Positions 49,255-61,299 of a stretch of 64,000 nt of DNA are shown piece by piece. Source of the DNA: Nitrospinaceae bacterium. GTDB lineage: Bacteria; Nitrospinota; Nitrospinia; Nitrospinales; Nitrospinaceae. The DNA is taken from contig OZ250172.1 in NCBI GenBank assembly GCA_965237905.1, positions 1,792,001-1,856,000 on the forward strand. Direction: 5' to 3'. Both the position numbers and the translations under genes were made by a program. Each line of letters opens with the position of its first letter. Position 1 is the first letter of the stretch. The notes below the pieces were generated by a model, which saw only the letters and a program-made list of their open reading frames with translations, did not search any database and was not told the origin of the DNA.

Positions 49255-50418
49255 TTGGTCAGTTCAGATTCGGATCAAATTCTGATCGTTGCCGGAGAAG
49301 CGTCCGGCGATCTGCATGGCGGCCATCTGGTACGAGCTCTGAAGGCCCAACATCCTCAACTTCAGTTCGAAGGCGTCGGCGGAAAACACATGCAGGAAGC
49401 CGGCGTGAGCACACTGTATGACATCAGCCGCATGGGGGGTATGGGCTTGTTCGAATTTGTGAACGGCCTGTGGCACCACCTAGAGATCTACCGCAGGCTA
49501 TCACGCGAAATCGCCAAGGGAAAATACCGCGCCGCCATTCTGATCAATTATCCTTTTTTCAATTTAAAACTCGCCAAAGTATGCAATCAATGGAATTGCC
49601 CGGCGCTGTTTTATATCAGCCCGCAGGTGTGGGCTTCACGCAAAGGCCGGGTGAAGACCATTCGCGAAACCGTGAGCAAAATGTACGTCATCCTGCCTTT
49701 TGAGGAAGCAATTTTCCGCGAAGCCCAGGTCGATGTCGAATACCTGGGCCACCCTTTTATCGATATTGTCCAGCCGCAGGTTTCCCGTGAAGGGGCGTTG
49801 AAGGAATTCGGATTAAACCCTGCCGTCAAAACCGTGGGTCTGCTTCCGGGAAGCCGCATGAGCGAGATCAATTACCTTCTGGATGATATGGTGGGAGCCG
49901 CCCGGATCATTCAAAAAGAATTGGAGCAATGCCAGTTCCTGCTACCGGTGGCGGATAGCATCGATCCCGAATTGATCCGGAAACGGCTGGGAGAAAATCC
50001 CCTGGGCATCCGGGTGCTGACCGAGAGGAATTATGATGTGATGAATTGCAGTGACGCGCTCATCATGGCTTCCGGTTCATCGACGCTGGAAGCGGGACTG
50101 TTCACCGTTCCCATGGTGATTATTTACAAGGTCCATCCTCTCACCTATTTCATCGCCCGATTTTTCACCCACATCACCCACTTTGGCCTGGTCAACATCG
50201 TGGCGGAAGAGGAAGTGGTGCCTGAATTGTTGAATGAACAGGTGACGCCGGAACGGATCGCCGCCGAAACTCTGAAGGTTTTAAAAGATCCGGACCAAGC
50301 TCGCGCGGTGAGGGAACGACTGCAGAAAGTCCGTGAATCTCTTGGGACACCAGGGGTGGTTACACGCATCGCACGCAGTATGGCGGGTTCCATGAATCTT
50401 TCTCCCGATTCACAATGA
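49255..50418 (+). CDS. lpxB: lipid-A-disaccharide synthase
   Basis: AGEASGDLHG, PQVWASR, ILPFE and LLPGSR. Confidence 0.95.
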   Translation: MVSSDSDQILIVAGEASGDLHGGHLVRALKAQHPQLQFEGVGGKHMQEAGVSTLYDISRMGGMGLFEFVNGLWHHLEIYRRLSREIAKGKYRAAILINYPFFNLKLAKVCNQWNCPALFYISPQVWASRKGRVKTIRETVSKMYVILPFEEAIFREAQVDVEYLGHPFIDIVQPQVSREGALKEFGLNPAVKTVGLLPGSRMSEINYLLDDMVGAARIIQKELEQCQFLLPVADSIDPELIRKRLGENPLGIRVLTERNYDVMNCSDALIMASGSSTLEAGLFTVPMVIIYKVHPLTYFIARFFTHITHFGLVNIVAEEEVVPELLNEQVTPERIAAETLKVLKDPDQARAVRERLQKVRESLGTPGVVTRIARSMAGSMNLSPDSQ

Positions 50419-51059
50419 GAGCTTTTCTGTTTAAATATATCCTGCCCCCCATTTTATGGCTGGTCATCCACCTTTGGTGCATGACTCTCAGAAAAAAAGT
50501 TTTAAATCCAGAAATAAATAATAAAATCCGGACCAAGCTTGGGAAAGGCGTTTTGACGTTATGGCATTCCCACCTGTTTTACCTTACGTATCATTTTCGG
50601 GGAATGCGCGACCTTCACATTTTGGTCAGCCCCAGTAAGGACGGAGACCTGATCGCCAATGTTGGAAAGATGTTTGGTTACAAAGTGGTTCGGGGATCTT
50701 CATACAAAAATACCGTACCTGGAACCCGCGAGTGCATTGGTCTTTTAAAACAAGATTTAAAAGTGGGACTTATCGCTGACGGTTCCCGCGGTCCCCGCCA
50801 CCAGGCCCAGGCGGGATCGGTGCAATTGGCGCGCATCACCGGCGCTCCGATATACACCTTGACCTATAGCGCCCACCCCAAATACGAGTTCTCCAGCTGG
50901 GACCGCTTTATCCTGCCTCTCCCATTTTCAAAAGTGACCCTCAATTTTGGTCCTTCCATGACCGTGTCGCCGGACGCGGACACGGCAACCATTCGACAAA
51001 AACAGGACGAGTTGACCGATCTCCTGAACCAAATCACGGAAGCATGTGAGCGGCCTTAA
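50415..51059 (+). CDS. DUF374 lysophospholipid acyltransferase family protein
   Basis: LWH, SPSKDG, VRGSS, DGSRGP and SWDRF. Confidence 0.9.
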   Translation: MRAFLFKYILPPILWLVIHLWCMTLRKKVLNPEINNKIRTKLGKGVLTLWHSHLFYLTYHFRGMRDLHILVSPSKDGDLIANVGKMFGYKVVRGSSYKNTVPGTRECIGLLKQDLKVGLIADGSRGPRHQAQAGSVQLARITGAPIYTLTYSAHPKYEFSSWDRFILPLPFSKVTLNFGPSMTVSPDADTATIRQKQDELTDLLNQITEACERP

Positions 51060-51060
51060 G

Positions 51061-51236
51061 TGCATATTTTTTAGTCATTCCCTCCCCTGATGTTTATTTA
51101 AGAAGCAGTATTTTTCCTGCCCTGTTTCAAAGTCTCATTTCTCCGCTTCCAAGAGCATCTTAAATATTTGATTTTAAATGAGATTTTGGCATCCGCCTTT
51201 TCAGGGTGGAGCCCTCTGAATGGCATGAAACTTGAA
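51061..51236 (+). promoter_or_regulatory. putative sigma54 promoter with IHF and NtrC-like sites upstream of glnB
   Basis: TGGCAT-GAAAC-TTGAA at 51221-51236; IHF match AATCAAATATTTA (minus strand, 51161-51173); 17-bp TGCATATTTTTTAGTCA at 51061. Confidence 0.55.
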
Positions 51237-51423
51237 ACTATTATAGAACCCGGTCCGGTGCTGGTCGCTTGAGATAAAAAATTTTGTGGTTCTTGAGCAG
51301 GAAATAAGTTAAGGTTCCTGCTTCATCATAAAAAATTCAGTAGAATGCGCCCTTTTCTGGATTGAATAGGGGCGGGGCTTCGGAGGGAGCCTGGAAACAA
51401 GCACCCAGGCAACAAATAATTAA

Positions 51424-51786
<363 letters not shown>

Positions 51787-51890
51787 AATATTTGATTTTT
51801 CGTATCGGATAAATTTTTTGTTTCTGAATATTTGAATTTATATTGGATTAATTTTTAAAAATTTTTTTTGTCGAGCGAGGAGCAAGCCTA

Positions 51891-53303
51891 ATGACACCGA
51901 AAGAGGTAATCGATTTTGCGAAGAAGAACAACACCGGGATGGTGGATCTGAAATTTATGGATCTCCTGGGAACGTGGCAGCATTTCACCGTTCCTATCAG
52001 CGAGTTGGAAGATCACATGTTTGAAGAAGGGTTGGGCTTTGACGGGTCCAGTATCCGCGGATGGCAAGCCATCAACGCCAGCGACATGCTGGTAATCCCC
52101 GATCCCATCACCGGGGTGATGGATCCTTTTACCAAAGTGCCGACTTTGAGCATGATCTGTAACATCGTGGATCCCATCACCAAGGAAAAGTACTCTCGCG
52201 ATCCCAGAAACATCGCGATGAAGGCGGAAGCCTATCTCCAATCGACGGGACTCGGTGACACGGTTTATTTCGGTCCTGAACCGGAATTCTTTGTGTTTGA
52301 TGATGTTCGCTACGAGTCGGATGTCAACCATGCCGCCTATTATGTAGACTCGCGCGAGGGCAACTGGAACACTGGGCGTGATGAAGGGCCCAATCTCGGT
52401 TACAAGCCACGCTATAAGGAAGGGTACTTCCCGGTTTCTCCCAGCGACAGCTTGAATGATATGCGAACCGAAATGACTATGTTGATGGAGCAGGTAGGCA
52501 TCCAGATGGAATGCCACCATCATGAAGTGGCTTCGGGCGGGCAGTGTGAAATCGACATGCGGTTCTCCCCTCTGGTGAAATGTGCCGACAATCTGATGTG
52601 GTACAAATACATCGTCAAGAACGTTGCGTACCGGTACAATAAAACCGCTACCTTTATGCCCAAACCTATTTTTGGAGATAACGGTTCAGGCATGCACGTT
52701 CATCAAAGTATTTGGAAAGGCGGCAAGCCGTTGTTTGCCGGTAACGGCTATGCCGGGTTCAGTGAAATGGGGATGCATTACATCGGCGGTATTCTGAAAC
52801 ACGCCCGGGCGTTGGCGGCTTTTGTCGCGCCGACCATGAACTCGTACAAGCGGTTGGTTCCCGGATTTGAGGCTCCCGTTAATCTGGCGTATTCCAGCCG
52901 GAACCGGAGCGCCGCGGTGAGGATTCCCATGTACTCCTCCAGCCCGAAAGCCAAGCGTCTGGAATGCCGATTTCCGGATCCTTCCTGCAACGGCTACCTT
53001 GCTTTCTCAGCCATGCTGATGGCAGGACTGGACGGCATCGAAAATAAAATCGATCCGGGTGAACCTTTGGATAAAGATATTTACGCTCTCGGGCCGGAAG
53101 AGCTGGCCAACATTCCACGGCTTCCCGGATCTCTGGACGAAGCGCTGAATTGTTTGGAAGAGGATCACCAGTTCCTGTTGAAAGGGGATGTATTCACTCA
53201 GGATGTGGTCGACCGCTGGATTTCCTACAAGCGGGAGAACGAAATCGACCAAATGCGATTGCGGCCCCATCCCTATGAGTTTCACCTGTACTACGACATT
53301 TAA
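51891..53303 (+). CDS. glnA: glutamine synthetase type I
   Basis: [25 protein letters not shown] and adenylylation-site motif DKDIY. Confidence 0.98.
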   Translation: MTPKEVIDFAKKNNTGMVDLKFMDLLGTWQHFTVPISELEDHMFEEGLGFDGSSIRGWQAINASDMLVIPDPITGVMDPFTKVPTLSMICNIVDPITKEKYSRDPRNIAMKAEAYLQSTGLGDTVYFGPEPEFFVFDDVRYESDVNHAAYYVDSREGNWNTGRDEGPNLGYKPRYKEGYFPVSPSDSLNDMRTEMTMLMEQVGIQMECHHHEVASGGQCEIDMRFSPLVKCADNLMWYKYIVKNVAYRYNKTATFMPKPIFGDNGSGMHVHQSIWKGGKPLFAGNGYAGFSEMGMHYIGGILKHARALAAFVAPTMNSYKRLVPGFEAPVNLAYSSRNRSAAVRIPMYSSSPKAKRLECRFPDPSCNGYLAFSAMLMAGLDGIENKIDPGEPLDKDIYALGPEELANIPRLPGSLDEALNCLEEDHQFLLKGDVFTQDVVDRWISYKRENEIDQMRLRPHPYEFHLYYDI

Positions 53304-53355
53304 TGACAGCAGGGAATCTCCCGAGTTTAACGTTGTAAATATTTTTCAATTGATC

Positions 53356-53386
53356 AACCCCCTGGATTTTTCCAGGGGGTTTTTTT
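53356..53386 (+). terminator. rho-independent terminator after glnA
   Basis: AACCCCCTGGA-TTTT-TCCAGGGGGTT followed by a T run. Confidence 0.85.
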
Positions 53387-53430
53387 ATGTTAGATTGGCG
53401 AAAATGAGTCACCCTGAACAATGACCCCGA

Positions 53431-56400
53431 ATGAATGATTCAAATAAATTAGAATCGTGGCTGTTCAAAAACAAGCCCTGGAATGATGAGATTGAAGCCG
53501 CATTGGCCGAGGGCGGCTTTGAACAGCCGGGAAATGCCTGGCGGATTTTAATCGCGTTAAGCCGGCAGAGCGATTTCGTTAAATTGTATCCACAGTTTTT
53601 TTCTTCTTTTTTAAATGATTTGTCTCAATCGTACAACGCGGATATTGCGCTCAATAATTTTGAGCGGCTGACCCAGGAAATTCTGGACAAGGATCATCTG
53701 TATTCCCAATTGTCCGGCTCGCCCTTCCTGTTAAAAGCGCTGACCGTGCTCTTCTCCGGGAGCCAGATGTTGACCGACGCTCTTCTAAGCAATCCTTCTT
53801 ATGTGGATTGGTTGAGCGATCCGGATACCCTGACCAAACAGAAAACCCGGGATGTATTGTACCGTGATTTTTACGAGCTGGCGGGTACGCATGAGTTGAC
53901 CGATCAAACCCCGTCCCTCCTGAGAAAATTTAAAAAACGGGAATACATCCGACTGGGTTTGAGGGATTTGATGAGCCTGGTGAGTTTGCGCGAAAATGTC
54001 GAGGGCCTGTCGGACTTGGCCGATGTTTGCCTGCAGGTGGCTTACGAATATTCGATTAAAATCCTCAAAGAGAGATACGGCACGCCCATGTTTACCGACG
54101 CGGCCGACCAGATCCGCGAATCGGAATTTGCCATCCTGTCCATGGGCAAGCTGGGCGGACGGGAACTCAACTACAGCTCCGATATCGACTTGATCTACAT
54201 CTACACCTCCAGCGTGGGAGAGACCCAGACGGGCAACGGGCAGACCACCCTCAGCAATCATGAATTCCACACCAAGCTGGGACAATCGATTACCAAAACT
54301 CTCCACGACATCACCTCGGACGGCAATGTGTTTCGCGTCGATCTCGATCTCCGGCCGGATGGGAAAAGCGGGGATCTAGTCAACTCCCTGACCAGTTGCG
54401 AGACGTATTACGAGTCCTGGGGGCGCACCTGGGAGCGGCAGGCGCTCATTAAAGCGCGGGTTTCTGCCGGAAGCCAGGCTCTGGGCACGGAATTTTTAAC
54501 CATGATCCGGCCGTTTGTTTACCGCAGAAGCCTGGACTTCAACGCCATCGAGGAAGTCAAGTCGCTGAAAAAAAAAGTGGACCTTCATTTAAAACAGAAT
54601 CAATTGGAGAAGGGACACATCAAATTGGGTTTTGGCGGCATCCGGGAAGTGGAATTCATTGTACAGTCCTATCAATTGTTGTTCGGCGGCCGCGACCAGA
54701 GTTTGCGGGATCCCAATACCTCATCTTTGATAAAAAAATTGAGAGACCGCGAATTTCTGACGGATGAGGAATATGAAAAGCTCCGCGACGCCTACATCTT
54801 CCTGCGTAACTTGGAAAACCGGGTACAGATTTCTTTTGGCCTGCAAACCTATCACCTGCCGAAGGACGAAAAGAACCTCGCGATCCTGGCGAGAAAAATG
54901 GGATTTCAGGGGGACACCTATCCGGAATTGGTCGAGCAGTTGAACCAGGAGTTCGAGCGGCATACGCAATTTGTGGGAAATATGTACGCCAACCTCTTTT
55001 CCGAAGACGAAGATCAACAGGCGGCGGGTCATACCGCCCGGCAATGGGCCACCCAACGGGAGCTGGAGGGACGGTTTTCGGAAGATACCCTGAAAGCATA
55101 TCCTTTCAGGAATTCCAAACGTACCTTCAAATTTTTTAAAACGCTCCGTGATGGACCGGAGTTGTCTCACGCCAGCGAAAAAAGTATCCAAACCTTTTAT
55201 GCGGTTTTACCCACACTGCTGGACCTGTGCCGCAAGGTTCCCGACCCGGATGCCGCGGTGGATTATCTGGTGCGCTTTATCGAGGCCAGTCACGCCCGCG
55301 AAACCTATTTGACCATTTTTCATGACAATCATAAATTTCTGGAGATTCTTCTAATTCTGTTCGGCTCCAGCAAGGTGTTGTCCACTTTGCTGATCAAACA
55401 GCCGAACCTGATCGATGTCATTTCCAACCAGGAATCGCTGTATCTTTATAAAACTCCGGCGATGATGTTGGAGGAATTAAATGCCCGCCTATCGGCGGTT
55501 TCGGAACACTCCGAAAAAAATATCTGCCTCCGGCAATTCAAGCAGAGCGAGGAGCTTCGCATTGGATTAAGGTTCATGATTCATGAAACGGATGTACCGG
55601 GTACGCTGGCGGATTTGTCGCACTTGGCCGATATTTATCTGCAAACCGTTTATCAACTGGCGCGGGAGGAAATAGGGCAGCCTGAGGGTCACGTCAATCT
55701 GCCGGACAAATTTGCCATTATCGGACTGGGAAAACTGGGCGGACAGGAAATCAACTTCGGTTCGGACTTGGATCTGGTCTTCGTATATCAGGAAGACACT
55801 GCCGAAAAGGAAGCGTCGCATTCAGAAGATTTGATTTCCATTTATGTATCCCTCGCGCAGAAGATTTTTCAATTAACTTCCATGATGGCTCCGGTGCCTC
55901 CGCCCTACGAAATTGATACCGATTTGCGCCCCGAAGGAAGTCGGGGAGCGCTGGTGCTGTCCCTTCAAGGCTACGAGGATTATTTCAATACACGGGGAAA
56001 AATATGGGAGCAACAGGCCATGACGCGGGCCCGCTTCATCGCCGGGTCTCCTGAAGTGGGTAAAAAATTCATCCAACTGGCTCACAACTTCACCTACCGG
56101 TCCAAGCTGGAATACGGTTCGCTGATCGAAATTTCGCGCTTGCGGGATCGCATGGAAACGGAATTGGCGCAGGAGTCGAAGAAAGGAATCAATGTGAAAC
56201 TGGGGGCGGGCGGATTGGCGGATATCGAGTTCTCGGTTCAGGTCTTGCAGTTGATGCACGGTTACCGAAACCCAAAATTAAGAAATGGCAACACTTTCGA
56301 GAACATTCAATTGTTATCGAACTACGGCATACTGGATCATCGCCAGGCTACGAACCTGGGGAAGCACTATCATTTTTTGAGAAACGTGGAGTGCGCTCTG

Positions 56401-56595
56401 CGCTTGATGTCAGAACAATATTCCAGCCATTTGCCGAGGGATGAGCAGGAATTGGCCGTTCTGGCCAGGCTGTTGGGTTATTCGGGTTCCTCAGAAGAGG
56501 CTCAGGCATTTATGGAAGATTATAAAAAGACCACCCAGGACGTCAGAAATTTTTACAAAGCCAACCTGGATATCCTGCTCCGTACGTCTCTTTAG
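53431..56595 (+). CDS. glnE: glutamine synthetase adenylyltransferase/adenylyl-removing enzyme
   Basis: Two nucleotidyltransferase motifs (GKLGGRELNYSSDIDL and GKLGGQEINFGSDLDL), each followed by DLRPxG. Confidence 0.95.
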   Translation: MNDSNKLESWLFKNKPWNDEIEAALAEGGFEQPGNAWRILIALSRQSDFVKLYPQFFSSFLNDLSQSYNADIALNNFERLTQEILDKDHLYSQLSGSPFLLKALTVLFSGSQMLTDALLSNPSYVDWLSDPDTLTKQKTRDVLYRDFYELAGTHELTDQTPSLLRKFKKREYIRLGLRDLMSLVSLRENVEGLSDLADVCLQVAYEYSIKILKERYGTPMFTDAADQIRESEFAILSMGKLGGRELNYSSDIDLIYIYTSSVGETQTGNGQTTLSNHEFHTKLGQSITKTLHDITSDGNVFRVDLDLRPDGKSGDLVNSLTSCETYYESWGRTWERQALIKARVSAGSQALGTEFLTMIRPFVYRRSLDFNAIEEVKSLKKKVDLHLKQNQLEKGHIKLGFGGIREVEFIVQSYQLLFGGRDQSLRDPNTSSLIKKLRDREFLTDEEYEKLRDAYIFLRNLENRVQISFGLQTYHLPKDEKNLAILARKMGFQGDTYPELVEQLNQEFERHTQFVGNMYANLFSEDEDQQAAGHTARQWATQRELEGRFSEDTLKAYPFRNSKRTFKFFKTLRDGPELSHASEKSIQTFYAVLPTLLDLCRKVPDPDAAVDYLVRFIEASHARETYLTIFHDNHKFLEILLILFGSSKVLSTLLIKQPNLIDVISNQESLYLYKTPAMMLEELNARLSAVSEHSEKNICLRQFKQSEELRIGLRFMIHETDVPGTLADLSHLADIYLQTVYQLAREEIGQPEGHVNLPDKFAIIGLGKLGGQEINFGSDLDLVFVYQEDTAEKEASHSEDLISIYVSLAQKIFQLTSMMAPVPPPYEIDTDLRPEGSRGALVLSLQGYEDYFNTRGKIWEQQAMTRARFIAGSPEVGKKFIQLAHNFTYRSKLEYGSLIEISRLRDRMETELAQESKKGINVKLGAGGLADIEFSVQVLQLMHGYRNPKLRNGNTFENIQLLSNYGILDHRQATNLGKHYHFLRNVECALRLMSEQYSSHLPRDEQELAVLARLLGYSGSSEEAQAFMEDYKKTTQDVRNFYKANLDILLRTSL

Positions 56596-56631
56596 CAAAC
56601 AGATACGGCGGTCCGCTAGACCTAAATTCTG

Positions 56632-57070
56632 AATTGCGCTCAGAGATTCTCGGTTACCGTTACCGGTTAACCCGTTCCTCCTCCGGGGAGGAGGCGGCGA
56701 ACCGCCGCAGGTAATTAAAAACTTCAAATTGCGCTCAGAGATTCTCGGTTACCGTTACCGGTTAACCCGTTCCCCCTCCGGGGAGGAGGCGGCGAACCGC
56801 CGCAGGTAATTAAAACTTCAAATTGCGCTCAGAGATTCTCGGTTACCGTTACCGGTTAACCCGTCCCCCCTCCGGGGAGGAGGCGGCGAACCGCCGCAGG
56901 TAATTAAAACTTCAAATTGCGCTCAGGGATTCCCGGTTACCGTTACCGGTTAGCCAGTTCCCCCTCCGGGGAGGAGGCGGCGAACCGCCGCAGGTAATTA
57001 AAACTTCAAATTGCGCTCAGGGATTCTCGGTTACCGTTACCGGTTAGCCAGTTCCCCCTCCGGGGAGGAG
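56632..57070. repeat. tandem array of 4.7 near-identical 94-bp non-coding units
   Basis: Units start at 56632, 56727, 56821, 56915 and 57009; each full unit has hairpins CCYCCTC-CGGG-GAGGAGG and GCGGC-GAACC-GCCGC. Confidence 0.97.
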
Positions 57071-58657
57071 TCAGGCCAGAGTGGTTTTGTTTTTGGGAAC
57101 GGCGCTCAGTTTGTAGAGGATGCTGTCGATCAACGCCTGCCAGCTGGCTTCGATGATATCCTCGGAAACGCCGACGGTACCCCATTTGGAATCGTGGTCG
57201 CCAGATTCCACCAGCACGCGGATTTTCGCCGTGGTGCCGCTTTTCTCGTCGAGGATGCGGACCTTGTAGTCGAACAGGCTCACCTCTTCCAGTTCCGGAT
57301 AGAACTTGGTCAGCGCTTTGCGGATGGCTTTGTCGAGGGCGTTGACGGGACCGTGCCCTTCGGCGGCGGTCACCTCCTGCACTCCGTTGACGCGGATTTT
57401 CACCGAGGCCTCCGCGAGCGGCGCTTCGTCCTCCTGCCGTTTCTCTACGATCACGCGGAACCCGATAAACTCGAAATGCTGTTCCCGCTCGCCCATCGCG
57501 TCGCGCATCAGCAGTTCAAACGAGGCTTCGGCGCCTTCGTACTGGTAGCCGAGTTTTTCAGATTCCTTCAGCTGGTTCAGCACTTCCTGGATTTTGGGAT
57601 CCTTCGAGTCGATGTCCATGCCGAATTCCTTGGCTTTTTGAAGGATACTGCTTTTACCCGACAAGTCGGACACCAGGATGCGTGTCTGGTTACCCACGAT
57701 TGAAGGGTCGACGTGCTCATAGGTCTCGCGATTTTTCTGCATGGCGCTGACGTGGATGCCGCCCTTGTGCGCGAACGCGCTTTTCCCGACATAAGGTTGA
57801 TGGTTCCAGTGCGCCTTGTTGGCTAGCTCGTCCACGAATGCGGATAAATTTTTCAGTCCTGTCATTTGCTCGTTGGAGATGCAGTCCATTCCCATTTTCA
57901 ATTTCAGATTGGGAATGACGGAAACCAGATTGCAGTTGCCGCACCGCTCGCCGTAACCGTTGATGGTGCCCTGCACCTGTCCGGCACCGGCTTCGACTGC
58001 GGTCAAAGCGTTGGCAACGCCCATTTCAGAATCGTTGTGTGTATGAATGCCGAGCGGGGTCTTGCAGGCTTTGCGTACCTCTTCGAAAATGGTTTTGATT
58101 TCCCAGGGCATCGTGCCACCGTTGGTGTCGCACAGCACCAGCCAGTCGGCCCCCGCCGATTCGGCTTCTTTCAATACTTTGAGAGCGTATTCCGGGTTAT
58201 TCTTATAGCCGTCAAAAAAATGCTCGGCGTCGAACATTACTTCCTTGACATATTTTTTCAGGAAGGACAGGCTGTCGGATACCATGCGCAGATTTTCATC
58301 GAGATTGGTGGACAGGGCTTCGCTCACATGCATGTCCCAGCTCTTCCCGAAGATGGTGACCACCGGGGTTTCCGCTTCCAGCAGACGTTTCAGGTTCGGG
58401 TCATTTTCTGTCTTGTGTTTGGGCGAACGGGTACTGCCGAACGCAACCAGCTTTCCTTGCTGAAAGGATTCCTTTTTGATCTTCTCGAAAAATTCGATGT
58501 CCTTGGGATTCGATCCCGGCCAGCCGCCTTCGATGTAGTGGATGCCGTTATCGTCCAGCTTGTGAGCGATGCGGATTTTATCCTCTACGGTGAAGGCGAT
58601 TTCTTCCGCCTGAGAACCGTCTCGTAAGGTTGTGTCGTATATTTTAATCGTTTTCAT
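57071..58657 (-). CDS. cimA: citramalate synthase
   Basis: [32 protein letters not shown] and HKGGIH. Confidence 0.92.
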   Translation of the reverse strand: MKTIKIYDTTLRDGSQAEEIAFTVEDKIRIAHKLDDNGIHYIEGGWPGSNPKDIEFFEKIKKESFQQGKLVAFGSTRSPKHKTENDPNLKRLLEAETPVVTIFGKSWDMHVSEALSTNLDENLRMVSDSLSFLKKYVKEVMFDAEHFFDGYKNNPEYALKVLKEAESAGADWLVLCDTNGGTMPWEIKTIFEEVRKACKTPLGIHTHNDSEMGVANALTAVEAGAGQVQGTINGYGERCGNCNLVSVIPNLKLKMGMDCISNEQMTGLKNLSAFVDELANKAHWNHQPYVGKSAFAHKGGIHVSAMQKNRETYEHVDPSIVGNQTRILVSDLSGKSSILQKAKEFGMDIDSKDPKIQEVLNQLKESEKLGYQYEGAEASFELLMRDAMGEREQHFEFIGFRVIVEKRQEDEAPLAEASVKIRVNGVQEVTAAEGHGPVNALDKAIRKALTKFYPELEEVSLFDYKVRILDEKSGTTAKIRVLVESGDHDSKWGTVGVSEDIIEASWQALIDSILYKLSAVPKNKTTLA

Positions 58658-58678
58658 ATCAATAAACGTGTTTTCTAA

Positions 58679-59950
58679 TCAAGTTGTGGGCGAGGCGTCG
58701 GTGGCCGGTTGCGACACCCGCTCCGGTTCCTCGTCCAGTTTGAATTCGTCATGCAAGGCGCGCACGGCCTGCTCGGTGCTTTTTGTATCGATGATACAGG
58801 ACACGCGGATTTCCGACGTGCTGATCATCATGATATTAATGCCTTCGTTGAACAGCGTACTGAAAATTCGCGCCGCCACGCCGGAATGACTGCGCATGCC
58901 CGCGCCGACGACGGAGATTTTAGAAATCTTCGAATCGGATGAAACGCTTTCGGCTTGTACTTCCGTGCCTTTTTTCTCCATGATTGACATGGCTTCCTTC
59001 AAATTCGTGGTGTGCAGAGTGAACGAAATATCCGTATGGCCCTCGGCACTCACGTTTTGGATGATCATGTCCACCGAAATGGAAGTCTCCGCCAGCGCGT
59101 TAAAAATTTTGGCGGCGATGCCCGGTTGATCCGGCACACCCTTGATCGTGACTTTCGATTGATCCTTGTCGTACATCACTCCGGACACGACCGGCTGTTC
59201 CATATCGGAATTCTCCTGACACACCCGGGTCCCCTCATCCGCCTCATCGAAGGTGGAGCGGACCACAAGCGGCATATTAAAATTATTGGCAAACTCGACG
59301 CATCGAATCTGCAGTACCTTGGCGCCCAGGCTGGCCATTTCCAGCATCTCTTCAAAGGATACCATATTCAGTTTGCGGGCGTTGGGCACCATACGCGGGT
59401 CGGCGGTATAGACCCCTTTGACATCGGTATAAATTTCGCATAAATCGGCGCCCAATGCCACTGCCAAAGCCACAGCGGAGGTGTCGGACCCGCCCCGGCC
59501 GAGAGTAGTCACATCCCCCATATCGTTGACACCCTGGAACCCGGCGCAGACCACGACGTGATTTGTCTTGAGGATGTCGGTCGCACGGCTGGCATTGATT
59601 GTCTTGATCCGGGCGCGGGTGTGGGTATCGTCGGTGACCAGGCCCATTTGCCGACCCGTCAATGCCACCGCCGGACAGCCCATGCCGTGCAGGGCGATGG
59701 ACAACAGGGCGCTGGAGATGCGTTCGCCCGAGGACAACAGGAGGTCGGTCTCCCGCCGTTCCGGAAGATCGGACAACTCGTGTGCCATAGCCAACAGCTT
59801 GTCGGTCTCCCCCGCCATGGCGGAGACTACCACCAGCACGTCCTTGCCGGCATCGCGGCTTTTCTTGATCCGCCGGGCCACACCTCGGATTTTTTCCACT
59901 GAGGCGACGGAGGTGCCGCCGTATTTTTGTACGATCAGGTTGCTACTCAT
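58679..59950 (-). CDS. lysC: aspartate kinase
   Basis: [24 protein letters not shown] and two ACT domains. Confidence 0.96.
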   Translation of the reverse strand: MSSNLIVQKYGGTSVASVEKIRGVARRIKKSRDAGKDVLVVVSAMAGETDKLLAMAHELSDLPERRETDLLLSSGERISSALLSIALHGMGCPAVALTGRQMGLVTDDTHTRARIKTINASRATDILKTNHVVVCAGFQGVNDMGDVTTLGRGGSDTSAVALAVALGADLCEIYTDVKGVYTADPRMVPNARKLNMVSFEEMLEMASLGAKVLQIRCVEFANNFNMPLVVRSTFDEADEGTRVCQENSDMEQPVVSGVMYDKDQSKVTIKGVPDQPGIAAKIFNALAETSISVDMIIQNVSAEGHTDISFTLHTTNLKEAMSIMEKKGTEVQAESVSSDSKISKISVVGAGMRSHSGVAARIFSTLFNEGINIMMISTSEIRVSCIIDTKSTEQAVRALHDEFKLDEEPERVSQPATDASPTT

Positions 59951-61152
59951 AATTTTCCTTGCAGGTACGCTTCGATCAAAGCGGAACCGGATTTGAAATG
60001 CTCCGACCCGCTCAGCACCATCTCTTCGTTGAACCGTTCCACCTTGTCAGCCCCCTGAGCCGAAGGATAGGCCACGAAAGGAACGGGGTCTTTTGCATAC
60101 CGCATCAGGTTCACCGAGGTCATGTGGTTTTCCACCAACAGCAGGGTGACGTCTTTTTGTTGATCCACTGCATCCATCAGCGGGGCGACCACTTCGCGGT
60201 CGACATCTTCGATCGCTAATATTTTGTCGTCAATACTGCCAAGCAGTGAAGGAGTTTCCGCGGCGGCGACATGCAGAACCACTACGTCGTTATTCTCCAG
60301 TGCGTTCAAGGCGGCTGACACCTTGGCCTGGTAATCCGTATCGGGGAAACCGGTTGCGCCCGCAACCTCCGGCGTGTGCATCCCGGCGGCCTGGGCGATG
60401 CCTTTCATCAACAGGGAAGCGGTGATGACCGACGCCTGTTTTCCGAACCGGCCGGAAAATGCCGGTGGCCGATTCCGCTTGCCGTTACCGTTGCCCCAGA
60501 ACCAGACGCTGTTGACGACGTCCTCGCCGTTTTTGGCGCGCGCCTGGTTGAACGGATGATTGTGAAGAATAATCTGCGCCTGGTTCATCAGATAGACCAG
60601 TTTCCGGGACGCCTCACCCTGCGGCATGTGCTTGCGGATGCCCTCGCCCACCAACTCGTGCGGCGGCATCAGGCGGTCCGACAAAGCGGTATTCTTTATC
60701 ACCATCAGGTTGTGGTAGCCAGCCCCGGGATGAAACGTCACCTCGTCCGGAATCTGTTCCTGCAGAGCGCCCAACAGTAGTTGGCTATTATCTGTGGACA
60801 ACTGTCCGGCGGTAAAATCCTTAAGAATCATATCGTTGTGGCTGGATTGGAGCATGATGAAATCACAGCACAACGGCAGTTCATCGTCCTTCAGCTCCAC
60901 TCCCAGAGCCTCGGCCTCGAAACGCGCCGGGCCGAGGTTGTACTCCGCCGGGTCATAGCCCAGCAGGGAGAGATACGAAGTCCCGTTCTCCGCCGGCAGG
61001 TCCTCCGGTATCGTCTGGACCGACCCGCACCGGCCCTTGGCCGTCAACCGGTCCAGGTTCGGCGTGTCGGCCAATTGCAGGGGCGTCTGATTATCTTTTT
61101 CGGCAATAGGCTGATCGGTCAGCCCATTGCACAGTAGTACCATATATTTCAT
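59947..61152 (-). CDS. ApgM-type phosphoglycerate mutase homologue with degenerate active site
   Basis: Scaffold TPL..A.TPNLD, LLGYDP, WFWG and DPVPF retained; metal ligands and catalytic Ser substituted. Confidence 0.85.
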   Translation of the reverse strand: MKYMVLLCNGLTDQPIAEKDNQTPLQLADTPNLDRLTAKGRCGSVQTIPEDLPAENGTSYLSLLGYDPAEYNLGPARFEAEALGVELKDDELPLCCDFIMLQSSHNDMILKDFTAGQLSTDNSQLLLGALQEQIPDEVTFHPGAGYHNLMVIKNTALSDRLMPPHELVGEGIRKHMPQGEASRKLVYLMNQAQIILHNHPFNQARAKNGEDVVNSVWFWGNGNGKRNRPPAFSGRFGKQASVITASLLMKGIAQAAGMHTPEVAGATGFPDTDYQAKVSAALNALENNDVVVLHVAAAETPSLLGSIDDKILAIEDVDREVVAPLMDAVDQQKDVTLLLVENHMTSVNLMRYAKDPVPFVAYPSAQGADKVERFNEEMVLSGSEHFKSGSALIEAYLQGKL

Positions 61153-61299
61153 AGTCTTAGGATCGGCTCAGGTTTGTGAACGGGGTGCTTAATGAATTAT
61201 ATCGTAATTTGGATGGAATTCCATGACCAAAGGCTTGAAAAACCTCATATTTTTGAGAAGAGGCAGCAATAAGGCTCAACTTGTTAAAGGAGCAAAGCC

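Noticed and set aside
56632..57070. CRISPR array
   Set aside because: Units are near-identical along their whole length, with no unique spacers and no cas genes in the window.
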